Shown in pieces: positions 40,027 through 50,758 of a stretch of 64,000 nt of DNA. This DNA is from an uncultured Gammaproteobacteria bacterium (GTDB lineage Bacteria > Patescibacteriota > Microgenomatia > Levybacterales > GWA1-39-11): contig CAYVKP010000002.1 of the NCBI GenBank assembly GCA_964452165.1, positions 24,074 to 88,073 of the forward strand, read 5' to 3'. How positions within the stretch are numbered: position 1 is the first letter of the stretch; every line of letters starts with the position of its first letter. Under the pieces are notes generated by a model. It made no database searches, was not told the DNA's origin, and worked only from the letters and a program-made list of their open reading frames with translations. Made by a program: the position numbers and the translations under genes.

Positions 40027-41220
40027 TTACTGGATTTGGGAGATGAGGGAGTAGATTGGTGTGATAACGGATAATATAAGGAAGGCGACAGAGACTCCGA
40101 GCACTATAATAAGAATTGGTTCGATTGCAGTCGTGAGGGTTTGAACTCGCACGGACAGGTCTCGTTCAAAATATTCGGAAATCTTAAGAAGGCTCTCGTC
40201 TATTCTTCCCGTCGACTCCCCTACTCTTGTCATCTGGACAACCATTGGCGGGAAAATCTTTTGATTATTAAGCGCATCTGAAAGCGAGATTCCCTTTTCA
40301 ACCAAGGCGGCGCAAGAAAGAATCGCCTGCTTGTACCAATAGTTACCGGCAACGTTTGCCGTTATATTAAGACTTTCAATAACTCCAGTGCCGGAGGAGA
40401 TCATAAGAGACAAGGTCCTTGTGACTTCATCAAGGCTTGAAAGCGTTAAAATTCCGCCGAGGACCGGGATTTTAAGTTTAATTTTATCTATCAACTTTAT
40501 TCCAACTTCAGTCTTTTTAAACCTCTTATATCCTATGAAACCCCCAATTCCTCCAATTATGAAGAGCGGGTAGAAAGTTGTGAAGAGCTTTGAGAATCCT
40601 AAAACGATCCTGGTCATTAATGGTAATTCCAGATTAAGATTTGCGTAAAGACTCCCAAGTTGAGGAATAACAAAAATGTTCATAACTCCAATAACGATTA
40701 CTACACCCCCAATAACAATTGTTGGATAAAACATTGCCGATTTTACTCTTTTCTTGAGATCATCGGACTTTTCCATATTGTCTGCAAGACGCGTCAGCAC
40801 CTTGTCTAGTAGTCCACCCTTCTCTGCGGCCCTGATAAGCGCTATGTAAATGTCCGAGAACGATTCTTTGTGGGCGGCCAGAGCTTCAGAGAATGAGCTA
40901 CCCTCCGAGATTTGCGAGATAAGATCTGTAACTATCGCTTTCATTCCCGCGCTCCCAACCTGCCCCTGAAGAATCTTTAGCGATTCAATGAGCGTAAGAC
41001 CCGTGAGGGCCATTGAGGATAGTTGCCGCGTAAAAATTATGATGTCTGAATTCTTTACTTTTTTTGAGGAGAATAAAGCCTGATTGGTGGCTTTTCTGAC
41101 CGATAACGGAGTTATGCTTCCGGCTCGCAAAAAATCGATAACCTCTTTTTGACTGTTAGCCTCAATCTTGCCCTTTTGCTTGACCGAGTTCTTATCAATT
41201 CCTGTGTAAACAAATTCCAT
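40027..41220 (-). CDS. pilC: Type IV pilus platform protein (GspF/PilC)
   Basis: FTRQLSSM, AMFYP and GESTG; two T2SSF domains. Confidence 0.93.
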   Translation of the reverse strand: MEFVYTGIDKNSVKQKGKIEANSQKEVIDFLRAGSITPLSVRKATNQALFSSKKVKNSDIIIFTRQLSSMALTGLTLIESLKILQGQVGSAGMKAIVTDLISQISEGSSFSEALAAHKESFSDIYIALIRAAEKGGLLDKVLTRLADNMEKSDDLKKRVKSAMFYPTIVIGGVVIVIGVMNIFVIPQLGSLYANLNLELPLMTRIVLGFSKLFTTFYPLFIIGGIGGFIGYKRFKKTEVGIKLIDKIKLKIPVLGGILTLSSLDEVTRTLSLMISSGTGVIESLNITANVAGNYWYKQAILSCAALVEKGISLSDALNNQKIFPPMVVQMTRVGESTGRIDESLLKISEYFERDLSVRVQTLTTAIEPILIIVLGVSVAFLILSVITPIYSLISQIQ

Positions 41221-41223
41221 ATT

Positions 41224-42291
41224 TTATCCAAGTAACTGGGCAAAAGCCTCCTGTTTCAAAACATAAGCTCTTGCTACATCAAGCGCTACGGTTCCGGCCC
41301 GGACGAGCGCGGCAAGCGATGCTTCAAGGGTTACCATTCCTTCAGATTGGGAAGTCTCAATAATAGAATCTATCAGGTGGGATTTTCCCTCGCGGATATT
41401 TGCTTTTACCGCGTTGTTGGCAATCATTACTTCACATGCTACGGCCCTACCACCGTCAATTCTTGAAATAAGTCTCTGGGAGATTATGCCGGCAAGAGAG
41501 GCTGAAAGTTGCGCCCTGATTTGGTTTTGTTGCTTCTCGGGAAATGAATCTATGATTCTATCTATAGTTTGTGATGCGGAATTGGTATGCAGGGTTGAGA
41601 AGACCAGGTGACCGGTCTCAGCCATTGTAATTGCCGAAGAGATACTTTCAGGATCACGCATTTCACCAATCATTGCAACATCAGGATCTTCTCGCAAAAT
41701 ACTTTTCAAGCTTTCGGCCCAAGAAAGACTATCGATACCAATTTCTCTTTGGGAAATCATGCTGGCCCCCTTTGGATATGTATATTCAATTGGATCTTCA
41801 ACAGTGATAATGTTGGCTGCTTGGCTCATGTTAATTTCATTGATAATTGATGCTATGGTTGTGGATTTTCCATGTCCAGTAGGTCCGGCAACCAAGACAA
41901 AGCCCTGCTTGAGCTTTGCAAATTGGTGACAGATTTGAGGGAGCGCAAGCTCTTCGATAGTTTTTACTTTGGCAGGCAGTAGTCTAAATGCCCCGGCAAT
42001 AGTGGCTCTTTGAAAATATAAATTTATTCTAAAGCGGCCTCTGTTGCCGTAATCTCCTTCTCCATATCCATAGGAAAAATCAAGACTTCTATTTGTCAGA
42101 AAAAGTTCTCGTTGGGGGGCAGTTAAAAGCGGGAAAACTAAATCCTCAATGTCTTTGTTCGTGAGCGGCTGGTAGGCAGTTAATGCGCTCAGCTTACCGT
42201 CTACTCTTAATGTGGGAGCGATACCTGCAACAAGGTGCAGATCTGAGGCGTTACTATCAATAGTTTTATCAAATAATTCCTGAATTGTCAT
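41224..42291 (-). CDS. pilT: Type IV pilus retraction ATPase
   Basis: ASDLHL, GPTGHGKST, LREDPD and AVKANIRE (AIRNLIRE-like); likely start MTIQEL. Confidence 0.93.
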   Translation of the reverse strand: MTIQELFDKTIDSNASDLHLVAGIAPTLRVDGKLSALTAYQPLTNKDIEDLVFPLLTAPQRELFLTNRSLDFSYGYGEGDYGNRGRFRINLYFQRATIAGAFRLLPAKVKTIEELALPQICHQFAKLKQGFVLVAGPTGHGKSTTIASIINEINMSQAANIITVEDPIEYTYPKGASMISQREIGIDSLSWAESLKSILREDPDVAMIGEMRDPESISSAITMAETGHLVFSTLHTNSASQTIDRIIDSFPEKQQNQIRAQLSASLAGIISQRLISRIDGGRAVACEVMIANNAVKANIREGKSHLIDSIIETSQSEGMVTLEASLAALVRAGTVALDVARAYVLKQEAFAQLLG

Positions 42292-42292
42292 T

Positions 42293-44050
42293 TTATTCTT
42301 GAGCAACCCTTAAGATTTCATCAATCGTTGAAACTCCCTCAAGAACCTTGAGATATCCATCTTGTTTCATTGTTATCATGCCTTCCGCGACTGCCTGCTT
42401 CTCAATTCCGGCAGAATCGGTTTTTGCCAGAATTAGCTTGGCAATGCTTGGCGAGATGGGGAGAACTTCAAAAATTCCGACTCTTCCCAAATATCCCGAG
42501 TGGCCGCAATAATCGCAGCCCTCTCCTTTGTAGAGAACAACTTCCTCGTCTTTTTTTGTCAACAACGGTCCCAAAGTCTTACGAAGTTCTACGAGTAATT
42601 CCTGTGGAGGCTTAAATTCTTTTCTACAGTGACTACATATTTTTCTTGCAATTCTTTGTCCCAAAATCGCATTCATTGTTGAGGCGAGCAAAAATGTTTC
42701 GGCTCCCATGTCAATCAAACGCGGAAGAGTCCCTGATGCATTTGAGGTGTGTAGCGTTGAGAAGACCAAGTGACCGGTAAGCGACGCCTGAATAGCAAGG
42801 TCTGTTGTTTCTTTGTCACGGATTTCACCGACAAGAATAATGTTGGGGTCTTGTCGAAGAAATGCTCGCAATCCCGTTGCAAAAGTAAGTCCCACGTCAG
42901 GATTAATCTGTACTTGGTTAGATCCTTGGATTTGGTATTCGACCGGGTCCTCGAGCGTCAAAATATTTACGCGCGTTGTGTTGAGCTTGGATAGGACCGA
43001 ATATAGAGTTGTAGTTTTTCCAGAACCTGTAGGACCGCAAACAATAATAATCCCGTGAGGCCTAAGAATTGATGCTTCAAGATTTTTAAGAGCTGTACCT
43101 CCAAGCCCCAATTCGTTAAGAGTTGGCACTCCACCCGATTTTTTAAGAAGACGCATAACAATCTTTTCTCCAAAAGATACAGGCAAGACGCTTACACGAA
43201 GATCTACCTCCTCATCTCCGAATTTAAAGTTAAACCTTCCATCTTGAGGAGTTCTGTGTTCGTCAATTTTCATGTCCGACAGAATCTTGATTCTTGAGAT
43301 AACCGCTTCTTTTACAGCCATAGGAAGCGAGAGTCTTTCGTACAAAATTCCGTCAATTCTGTAACGAACTCGAACGCGATCCTCTTGCGGCTCAAGGTGT
43401 ACGTCGGAAGCTTTGCTTTTTATCGCGTATTCAAGAATTGTCGAGACAATTTTGGCAATTGGCGCTTCTTTAATAACCTGCGAAAGACTATCTTTATCGA
43501 AGGTCTTAACGCCCGTTATCTGCTCGGTTTCCTTAACTGCGGCTTTTACTTCACCAATCAGTCCAAAAGTATATTGATTTTGAATTGCTACCGTTATCTC
43601 GTCGGGTATTGCTTGAAAAGAAAGAATCGTAGCATTTGTTTTTTGGCGCAAGAAGTTTATGGTTTCGATATCGAGGGGATTAGACATGGCAATGGACAGC
43701 TTGTTTGCTTCTTTGTCAAATGCAAACGGAATAATATTGAGCCTCTCGGCAAGAGCTTTTGGAACAAAACTCAGCGCCTCGGGTGAAAAAGGAAGATTGG
43801 CTATCGAGACGAATGGAATTCCAATAAGTTTTGAACGGGTTTCATAGTAGGTCTCATCCTTTACGATTTTTGCAGCCAAAAGCAATTTATCTATTGATTC
43901 TCCCTTGTTGAGTGACTCAGACTTAAGCTGATCGTATTGCTGTTGGGTGATGAGCTTTTCTATAAGAAGGATATCGGCGACAGTCTTGTCTTGTCCACCT
44001 GATTGTGTTTGAGGTGCTTGACTTGTATTGGTTTGGGCAGTCGGATCCAT
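42293..44050 (-). CDS. pilB: Type IV pilus assembly ATPase
   Basis: GPTGSGKTTT, LRQDPN, tetracysteine motif and MshEN-like N-terminus. Confidence 0.94.
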   Translation of the reverse strand: MDPTAQTNTSQAPQTQSGGQDKTVADILLIEKLITQQQYDQLKSESLNKGESIDKLLLAAKIVKDETYYETRSKLIGIPFVSIANLPFSPEALSFVPKALAERLNIIPFAFDKEANKLSIAMSNPLDIETINFLRQKTNATILSFQAIPDEITVAIQNQYTFGLIGEVKAAVKETEQITGVKTFDKDSLSQVIKEAPIAKIVSTILEYAIKSKASDVHLEPQEDRVRVRYRIDGILYERLSLPMAVKEAVISRIKILSDMKIDEHRTPQDGRFNFKFGDEEVDLRVSVLPVSFGEKIVMRLLKKSGGVPTLNELGLGGTALKNLEASILRPHGIIIVCGPTGSGKTTTLYSVLSKLNTTRVNILTLEDPVEYQIQGSNQVQINPDVGLTFATGLRAFLRQDPNIILVGEIRDKETTDLAIQASLTGHLVFSTLHTSNASGTLPRLIDMGAETFLLASTMNAILGQRIARKICSHCRKEFKPPQELLVELRKTLGPLLTKKDEEVVLYKGEGCDYCGHSGYLGRVGIFEVLPISPSIAKLILAKTDSAGIEKQAVAEGMITMKQDGYLKVLEGVSTIDEILRVAQE

Positions 44051-44163
44051 TTATTTTTCTTGGTGGCAAAGACGTAGTAAGGGGTTTGCTTCCAAACCAC
44101 AAACCACGTGCAATAAACCACGTGCTTATACAATCGTATTAAATCACTTGATATAATGTCAAT

Positions 44164-44826
44164 ATGCGCACGTTCATTTTGAAAGGAAATACAATCGAAA
44201 AAGAACAATTCATCAAAGCTTTCATTAATGATAATAATATTGCCGCATTTAACATCCATAGATTCACCGAGCCTATAAAACTTGCCGATGCAAAAGAAAT
44301 TAAGAAAACGGTCAGCCGTGCATCAATAAGCGGAGGAGCAAGACTTTTCGTTATAGACTCAGAAGTTAATGTAGAAGCGCAAAATGCACTCCTTAAGACA
44401 ATTGAAGAGTTCCCACAGGACTCAACCATAATGTTTTTGTCGGAAAATTTGCTCCCGACGATTTATTCAAGATGTTCGGTGATAAATTTAGGCCAAAAGA
44501 CGCAAGGCGCGGCGGCAAGTTTTTCGGTTTTAGATTTTATAGACTCTGAGAATATGGATCATTCTGCTGCCTCTGCCCTGCTTTTTGCCGATCTGGTCCT
44601 TGCTAACAAAAGTGACAATATAGTTGCCGATCTGGTTCTTTCTTTAAGAGCGGATTTGCTGGTTGCTATCAAGAATCACGAAGTCAAAAAGATCGCGTTA
44701 CTATTTCAGCTAGTAAAAGAGGCGTCCCAAATCTATCCTTTAATTCAGGCAAACAATCTGAATTCAAGACTTGCGGTGGAAAAACTTTTCATCAAAACCG
44801 CAAAGGAGCTCCGTTTGCCCTCTTGA
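44164..44826 (+). CDS. holB: Divergent DNA polymerase III delta' subunit
   Basis: EAQNALLKTIEE and LLPTIYSRC motifs; lacks Zn finger. Confidence 0.75.
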   Translation: MRTFILKGNTIEKEQFIKAFINDNNIAAFNIHRFTEPIKLADAKEIKKTVSRASISGGARLFVIDSEVNVEAQNALLKTIEEFPQDSTIMFLSENLLPTIYSRCSVINLGQKTQGAAASFSVLDFIDSENMDHSAASALLFADLVLANKSDNIVADLVLSLRADLLVAIKNHEVKKIALLFQLVKEASQIYPLIQANNLNSRLAVEKLFIKTAKELRLPS

Positions 44827-44865
44827 CAAGAGTTTTGCTTTGTGGTTAAGATTTATATTGTATAC

Positions 44866-45414
44866 ATGAGATTATTTTCTGCCCGAAATAGTATTCGTAA
44901 AGGTTTTACCCTCATTGAACTTCTCGTAGTTATTGGAATCTTAGGAATCCTTGCCGCCGCGCTTGTTGCCACCATCGATCCTTTTGAGCAGCTTAAGAAA
45001 GCAAATGATGCCAATACTCAAAATGCTTTAGTCGAGTACATTAATGCTGTTACTAGATACTACACAACGCACAACGCTTTCCCATGGGACGCTGCCGGAG
45101 CCAGCTGCAACAGCGCTGCCGCTCCTAGTGGCTTGACCTTATCAAGCGCCGGAATGGTAACTTGTACGACTGCTCTTACAGGTGACAACGAGCTTAAGGC
45201 CGCCTTCACTTCATCTGCAGCATTGCCGCTGATTTATATATCGTTCGATTCTACTCTTAATCAGACGACTGGTTGCTACAATCCAAAATCAAAGTCTGTC
45301 CTACACAATGCCAACACGAAATGGAGCAACACAGGCTCAGATCTTTCAGCAACAACCTGCAGCAACGCAAACAAGGACGCAAACGCCACTTCATGTTACT
45401 GGTGCACTAAGTAG
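44866..45414 (+). CDS. Type IV pilin (candidate major pilin)
   Basis: KG|FTLIELLVVI; several Cys; own promoter region. Confidence 0.92.
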   Translation: MRLFSARNSIRKGFTLIELLVVIGILGILAAALVATIDPFEQLKKANDANTQNALVEYINAVTRYYTTHNAFPWDAAGASCNSAAAPSGLTLSSAGMVTCTTALTGDNELKAAFTSSAALPLIYISFDSTLNQTTGCYNPKSKSVLHNANTKWSNTGSDLSATTCSNANKDANATSCYWCTK

Positions 45415-45474
45415 TCTTCCCCCGCTCTACAATTCTCTAGTGAATCAAATCTTTTTTTCTGGTTTAATTGGTAT

Positions 45475-46251
45475 ATGTACGATGTCTTTATTCTTTTTGT
45501 AATCTTTGCGTTTGGTGCGGCGTTCGGTAGCTTTCTAAATGTTGTAATAGATAGGACTGCAAGAAGCGAAAGCCTTGTAGGTGGAAGATCATACTGCGAG
45601 AAATGTGGTAAAAAACTCCTTCCACAAGATCTTATTCCTCTGGTTTCATTCTTGCTCCTTGGAGCCAAATGCCGTTTTTGTCATAAAAAAATACCCGGTA
45701 GGCTATTTTTGGTTGAGTTAATAGTAGCGCTTCTGGCCGTTTTTGTTTTTGGGTCGTTTCTAACAAGTGGCTTACTATTCGAATCGTTGTATGTGTTTGT
45801 CACGTCACTGTCTTTGATTGGAATTTTCTTTGCAGACATTGAGTATGGAATAATTCCCGACGAACTTCTCGTTCTATTATCAATTTCTGCCACGGCGCAT
45901 CTCTTTTTTGCTACACCTCATAATATTCCAAATTACCTCTTGTCAGCAGTGGGGTCAGGATTAGTATTCTTAGCAATTTACCTTGTTACAAGGGGCCGAG
46001 GTATGGGATTTGGTGATGTCAAATTAGCCTTTGTGCTCGGTCTGTTTTTGGGTTTTCCTAAAATTATTGCATCTTTGTACTTGGCTTTCTTGACAGGCGC
46101 AATTGTTGGCATCATACTTGTATTATGGAGAAAAAAGAAGCTTGCCGGCGGAACAATTCCCTTTGGCCCCTTTCTCGTTTTGGCAGCTTTCGTAGTGTAT
46201 TTTTGGGGAGATCAAATAATCACACAAACTCTCCGATTTCTAGGACTTTAA
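45475..46251 (+). CDS. pilD: Prepilin peptidase
   Basis: GSFLNV, two CxxC, GMGFGDVK and IPFGPFL motifs. Confidence 0.95.
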   Translation: MYDVFILFVIFAFGAAFGSFLNVVIDRTARSESLVGGRSYCEKCGKKLLPQDLIPLVSFLLLGAKCRFCHKKIPGRLFLVELIVALLAVFVFGSFLTSGLLFESLYVFVTSLSLIGIFFADIEYGIIPDELLVLLSISATAHLFFATPHNIPNYLLSAVGSGLVFLAIYLVTRGRGMGFGDVKLAFVLGLFLGFPKIIASLYLAFLTGAIVGIILVLWRKKKLAGGTIPFGPFLVLAAFVVYFWGDQIITQTLRFLGL

Positions 46252-46727
46252 AAGGATTCACTCTCATTGAGCTGGTTATTTCGATTGGAATAATTGCCGT
46301 TATGGCAACCTTTCTTTTGGTTGTAGTGAATCCATTTGAGCAATTTAAGAAAGCCTCTGATACGCAAAGAAAAAGTGATCTTGCTCAAATTCAGAGAGCC
46401 CTTGAAGCTTACTATCAGGACCATGGACAATATCCCACGAGCTCGAGCTTTAAGATTGTCAACAACTCCACGCCTGTCTCTTGGGGATCAACATGGAGTC
46501 CCTATATTAATGCATTGCCCAAAGACCCCTCCCCAACCAAAAATTACGCTTATGTTTCGCTTGCTTCAGGTCAAAGTTATGAACTGTACGCATCGCTAGA
46601 CAGGGCAAACAAAGACCCACAGGCTTGTAAGTCTGATGGTAGCGCATGTGATGGTGCGGTAAGCGCTTCAGCAACATGCGGGGGTATTTGCAACTACGGA
46701 GTTTCAAGCCCCAATATCTCGCCTTAG
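46125..46727 (+). CDS. Type IV pilin / GspG-like
   Basis: KG|FTLIELVI, RKSDL and LPKDP; start lies inside pilD. Confidence 0.85.
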   Translation: MEKKEACRRNNSLWPLSRFGSFRSVFLGRSNNHTNSPISRTLKGFTLIELVISIGIIAVMATFLLVVVNPFEQFKKASDTQRKSDLAQIQRALEAYYQDHGQYPTSSSFKIVNNSTPVSWGSTWSPYINALPKDPSPTKNYAYVSLASGQSYELYASLDRANKDPQACKSDGSACDGAVSASATCGGICNYGVSSPNISP

Positions 46728-46764
46728 TTTGTATTACCTATCCATTTTTATGTATCATGTATAT

Positions 46765-47280
46765 ATGAAGAGAATTTGGGATAGAAGTAAAGGTTTTACT
46801 CTCATTGAGCTTCTTGTTGTTATAACCATAATCTCTGTTCTTTCAGGATTACTGCTCGTAAACTTTGTTGGGATCAGGCAGCGCGGTAGAGATGCCCAAA
46901 GAAAGTCGGATCTAGAGCAGATAAGGTCAGCTCTTGAATTATACCGCTCAGATAACGGGTCATATCCTGTTGCAGCGGGATGGGTCCTTAGCAACGGAGG
47001 AACAAGTTGGATACCGGGTCTTGCAACAACCTATATCCAAAAAGTTCCGGTTGATCCTCTTAATTCTGGGCCTACCTGGCCATGGGGAGGAACCGGTAAT
47101 AACTACTATGCGTATTGGAGCGGTGATTGGTGTGTGCCAGCCGGAAGATCGTACATTCTTGTTACACGACTTGAAAATACAGCTGATTCAGCAGCCGGGA
47201 AAAATGTCGAAGCAGGCGGGGCGGCATGTCTATGGCCTAACAATGGAGATGTCGGACTTTACACGGTGACCAATCCATGA
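46765..47280 (+). CDS. Type IV pilin / GspG-like
   Basis: KG|FTLIELLVVI, RDAQRKSDL and VPVDP. Confidence 0.9.
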   Translation: MKRIWDRSKGFTLIELLVVITIISVLSGLLLVNFVGIRQRGRDAQRKSDLEQIRSALELYRSDNGSYPVAAGWVLSNGGTSWIPGLATTYIQKVPVDPLNSGPTWPWGGTGNNYYAYWSGDWCVPAGRSYILVTRLENTADSAAGKNVEAGGAACLWPNNGDVGLYTVTNP

Positions 47281-47287
47281 AATATGT

Positions 47288-47818
47288 ATGATTACAAGTC
47301 CAATTCGTCGTTATACTCTGAACTGCAATGATCGCTTGAGATTTTCAGGCTTCACTCTCATTGAGCTTCTTGTGACCTTCACTCTAATGAGTATTATCTC
47401 GGGGATTGGATTCGCTGCTTTTGCAAATTACAGTAGAAAGCAGACTGTTGTTCAGGCGGCACAAGATCTGCGGCAATCGGTAAATTTATCCCGTTTTAAT
47501 TCTCTCGCCTCGGTCAAGCCGTCTCAATGCTCAAATTACGACTTATCATCTTACAAATTCAACTTCTGTATAAATTCGGGTTGCGGGGTAGCATACGAGG
47601 CAGTAGCAGATTGTGGGTCTGTCACAAAGACGATCATATCAAAGACCCTTCCTCCAAATGTGACACTTGCAAATATTCCGGGTGAGAATATTTGTCAAAG
47701 TCTTAAATTTCATACTCTAAGTTCTATTGTAGAAGGCGTGCCGTGTAAAATAAAAATGAGCGGTTATGGAAACGACGTAATTATGTCTATTGATTCAAGC
47801 GGTTATGTCTCACTTTAG
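47288..47818 (+). CDS. Minor pilin (FimT/GspH-like)
   Basis: SG|FTLIELLV. Confidence 0.85.
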   Translation: MITSPIRRYTLNCNDRLRFSGFTLIELLVTFTLMSIISGIGFAAFANYSRKQTVVQAAQDLRQSVNLSRFNSLASVKPSQCSNYDLSSYKFNFCINSGCGVAYEAVADCGSVTKTIISKTLPPNVTLANIPGENICQSLKFHTLSSIVEGVPCKIKMSGYGNDVIMSIDSSGYVSL

Positions 47819-48344
47819 AAAAAACGGAGGACAAACAATTATTGAAGCAGTCGTTGCGCTGTCATGTATACTTCTGGCGCTTGCCGCAATTTCTGTGGCG
47901 ATAGTGACTAGCATAAACAATTCCGAGTTTTCAAAGAATCAGACGCTTGCGGCAAAATATGCCCAGCAGGGCATGGAAAGTATGACTTATCTTCGCAGTA
48001 CTGATCCAGTCGCTTTTGAATCAAGAAGCGGCGTTTATTGCATGTACCCGGATTCAACGACTATGTGCGGAGATGGTACATTCAATCAGTTGTGCGCCGG
48101 TACTTGTACAAACGTCAACATCGCAAGTACTTTTAAAAGAGAGGCGGAATTTGTTCAAAATTCAACCGACTGCGGAGTGCTTCCCACCACTGCCCCAACA
48201 AGCTCTTTAATCTACGGAACGAAAGTTACTGTTTCCGTTTATTGGGCAAGCGGTAAGTGTAATGTATTAACCAATAGTTTTTGTCATAAATCTCAGCTGG
48301 TATCCTGTTTTTCAAGAACTTCATCTTACGGTACGCAACTATGA
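47805..48344 (+). CDS. Minor pilin (PilV-like)
   Basis: GG|QTIIEAVVA; AQQGME. Confidence 0.8.
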   Translation: MSHFRKNGGQTIIEAVVALSCILLALAAISVAIVTSINNSEFSKNQTLAAKYAQQGMESMTYLRSTDPVAFESRSGVYCMYPDSTTMCGDGTFNQLCAGTCTNVNIASTFKREAEFVQNSTDCGVLPTTAPTSSLIYGTKVTVSVYWASGKCNVLTNSFCHKSQLVSCFSRTSSYGTQL

Positions 48345-48901
48345 TTTTTAATTCCAAAGCAAGATTCGGATATACAATGATTGAGCTTCTAGCAGTAGTC
48401 TCTATTCTTGTCGCCCTCACAGGTATAATAACGGGAATTTTGTATTCGACGTTAAGAGGTTCAAATAAGGTAAAAATAACCACAGAAGTAAGCGACAATG
48501 GCGCTTACGTTATCTCGGTTATCACAAATGCCATTAATGACACGAGAAACATAACACAAGTAGGGGGAGTAGACATAAATGATTGTACCGGTTCTCCCGT
48601 TGGCAAATCTATCACGCTTAAAAGGCTCAATGGAAGCACGACAGTTTTTGCCTGTAGTGGTAATACAATTGCTTCAAGTAGCGCGTCCCTGGGCAATAGC
48701 ACATCCTTGATAAACACAAATCAGGTTCAGTCCGACTATAGTTCTTGCTCGTTCACGTGCATGCAAAAAGCAGATGACCTGTATGCCGTGCCAATTATAA
48801 CTATGAATTTTAAAATAGGCGATTTGGGGGTAAACGCTCAAGAACTCAAGGGTTCTGCCACTTTTAACACCTCAGTTGCAGTCCGTAACTACTTGCCTTA
48901 A
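48341..48901 (+). CDS. Minor pilin (PilW-like)
   Basis: FG|YTMIELL. Confidence 0.82.
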   Translation: MIFNSKARFGYTMIELLAVVSILVALTGIITGILYSTLRGSNKVKITTEVSDNGAYVISVITNAINDTRNITQVGGVDINDCTGSPVGKSITLKRLNGSTTVFACSGNTIASSSASLGNSTSLINTNQVQSDYSSCSFTCMQKADDLYAVPIITMNFKIGDLGVNAQELKGSATFNTSVAVRNYLP

Positions 48902-48944
48902 CACGCGCTTGACACGTCCTACAATTTTCTTCTATCATGAGTAT

Positions 48945-49730
48945 ATGTACAAGAAAAGCCAGCGCGGGCAAATGCTACTCGTTGTTGTACTCACAATGAT
49001 TGTTGCGTTAACCGTGGGTCTTTCAGTTGTTTCAAGAACCGTAACCAACCTTAGGATTTCACGACAAAATGAGGAGTCCCAAAGGGCCTTCCAGGCGGCC
49101 GAGGCCGGAATTGAGCAGGCCTTGCAGTCAAGTACAGATAAGGTAAAGTTCAACTTCTCAAATAGCTCAACATATACAACCACAACGACTCCCCTGTCAG
49201 GACAAACTTTCTTACTGAATGGTGGAGACGTTGTAGACCAGGACGCGGGCATTGACCTATGGCTTTCAGACTACCCAACTTACGCAAATCCCAAATCGCC
49301 CACGCTAACTTTCTATTGGGTAACAAATAATCAGGCCTGCTCAACAAGAAGCGGGGACGGTGTTGCGCCTGCGATCGAGATAGCAGTTCTTTACGGGAAC
49401 TATCTTTCCCCCAATTTTAAGAAATACGTTTACGATCCTTGCGGTAGAATTCCAAACCCCCCAAGTGTAATATCGGCAGGCACACAGATTGAAAACATAG
49501 ACCTTACGTACAAAGCTACTATAAGTATCACTAATGGACTTCTTGCTAAGATAATCCCTCTCTATAACTCAACCAAAATAGGAATCTCATCAAGTATCGC
49601 ATTACCAAGTCAAGGAACTGTTATTGAGTCAGTAGGAGAGTCAGGGGATACAGTGAGAAGGGTAAAATACTTCTCTTCTCACCCGCAGGTTCCACTTGAA
49701 ATTTTCCCCTACTCTATCATCTCGCAATGA
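48945..49730 (+). CDS. Minor pilin (PilX-like)
   Basis: RG|QMLLVVVL without Glu5; AFQAAEAGIE. Confidence 0.85.
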   Translation: MYKKSQRGQMLLVVVLTMIVALTVGLSVVSRTVTNLRISRQNEESQRAFQAAEAGIEQALQSSTDKVKFNFSNSSTYTTTTTPLSGQTFLLNGGDVVDQDAGIDLWLSDYPTYANPKSPTLTFYWVTNNQACSTRSGDGVAPAIEIAVLYGNYLSPNFKKYVYDPCGRIPNPPSVISAGTQIENIDLTYKATISITNGLLAKIIPLYNSTKIGISSSIALPSQGTVIESVGESGDTVRRVKYFSSHPQVPLEIFPYSIISQ

Positions 49731-50758
49731 AGGGGAAAATCGTAGGTCTTGATATTGGCGGAACAACGATTCGCGTGGCGTGTCTGCGGCGTGAGGGAAA
49801 ATCTTTTTTTCTCGAATCGGTTGCAGTCGCGCCAACTCCTCCAAAGGGGATCAACTCGGAGTCATTGATTGATCAACAGCAACTTGCCGATACAATCAAA
49901 AAACTACTCTCGTCAGCCGGTGTTAAAACTCACGATGTTGCTCTTTCAATCCCGGAGAGCCAAGTTTACACGAAAGTTATTGCAATGCCTCAGTTGTCAG
50001 AACAGGAGCTTACTGCAGCCCTAAAATTTGAGATGGAACAGTATGTTCCTCTGCCCTTAGATCAAGCAAGGACTGATTGGGAGGTTTTGGGCCAGGATAG
50101 TGTGGGCGATAAGAAGATGATAGACGTTATGATAGTTGCGGCTCCCCTTGGAATTTTGGGAAAGTACGATAAATTAATGCAGATGGTCGGACTCGAAACT
50201 CAGGTTATTGAAACTGAAATAGTCTCAGTTCACAGGGCTCTTTTACCCTTAGTTAACAATCAAGACGCTAGTATCCTTGTGAATGTAGGTTCGACTACCA
50301 CGAGCGCCGCGATAGTTAAGAACGGGATTATCAGAATGGTTTTCTCAACTGCTCTTGGGGGTGCGGCAATCACCCGAGCAATCTCAGTCGACCTTGGAAT
50401 TGATGCGACTCAAGCTGAGAATTACAAGAAAGCCTATGGGCTTAATAAAGATGCCTTTGAAGGCAAAATCGGGCGGGCTCTTTCTCCGATTCTTGAATCA
50501 ATAGTTGGGGATATTAAAAAAGCCCTGCTCGCCTTTAGAGAGAAAAACAATAATGAAGCAGTAAAGCAGGTAATATTATCCGGTGGAACCTCGCTTCTTC
50601 CCGGAATTGACGTCTATTTCACCAATGCTCTTTCCTCGCAAGTTGTCATAGGGAATTCCTGGAATGCATATGGAATATTAAATGTGCCAAACGAATTGCA
50701 AATTGAGGCCCCATCTTTTAACGTTGTTATAGGCCTTGCTTTGCGCAATCTAATATGA
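49727..50758 (+). CDS. pilM: Type IV pilus alignment protein PilM
   Basis: GLDIG and LSGGTS actin-like motifs; IGLALR. Confidence 0.92.
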   Translation: MKGKIVGLDIGGTTIRVACLRREGKSFFLESVAVAPTPPKGINSESLIDQQQLADTIKKLLSSAGVKTHDVALSIPESQVYTKVIAMPQLSEQELTAALKFEMEQYVPLPLDQARTDWEVLGQDSVGDKKMIDVMIVAAPLGILGKYDKLMQMVGLETQVIETEIVSVHRALLPLVNNQDASILVNVGSTTTSAAIVKNGIIRMVFSTALGGAAITRAISVDLGIDATQAENYKKAYGLNKDAFEGKIGRALSPILESIVGDIKKALLAFREKNNNEAVKQVILSGGTSLLPGIDVYFTNALSSQVVIGNSWNAYGILNVPNELQIEAPSFNVVIGLALRNLI

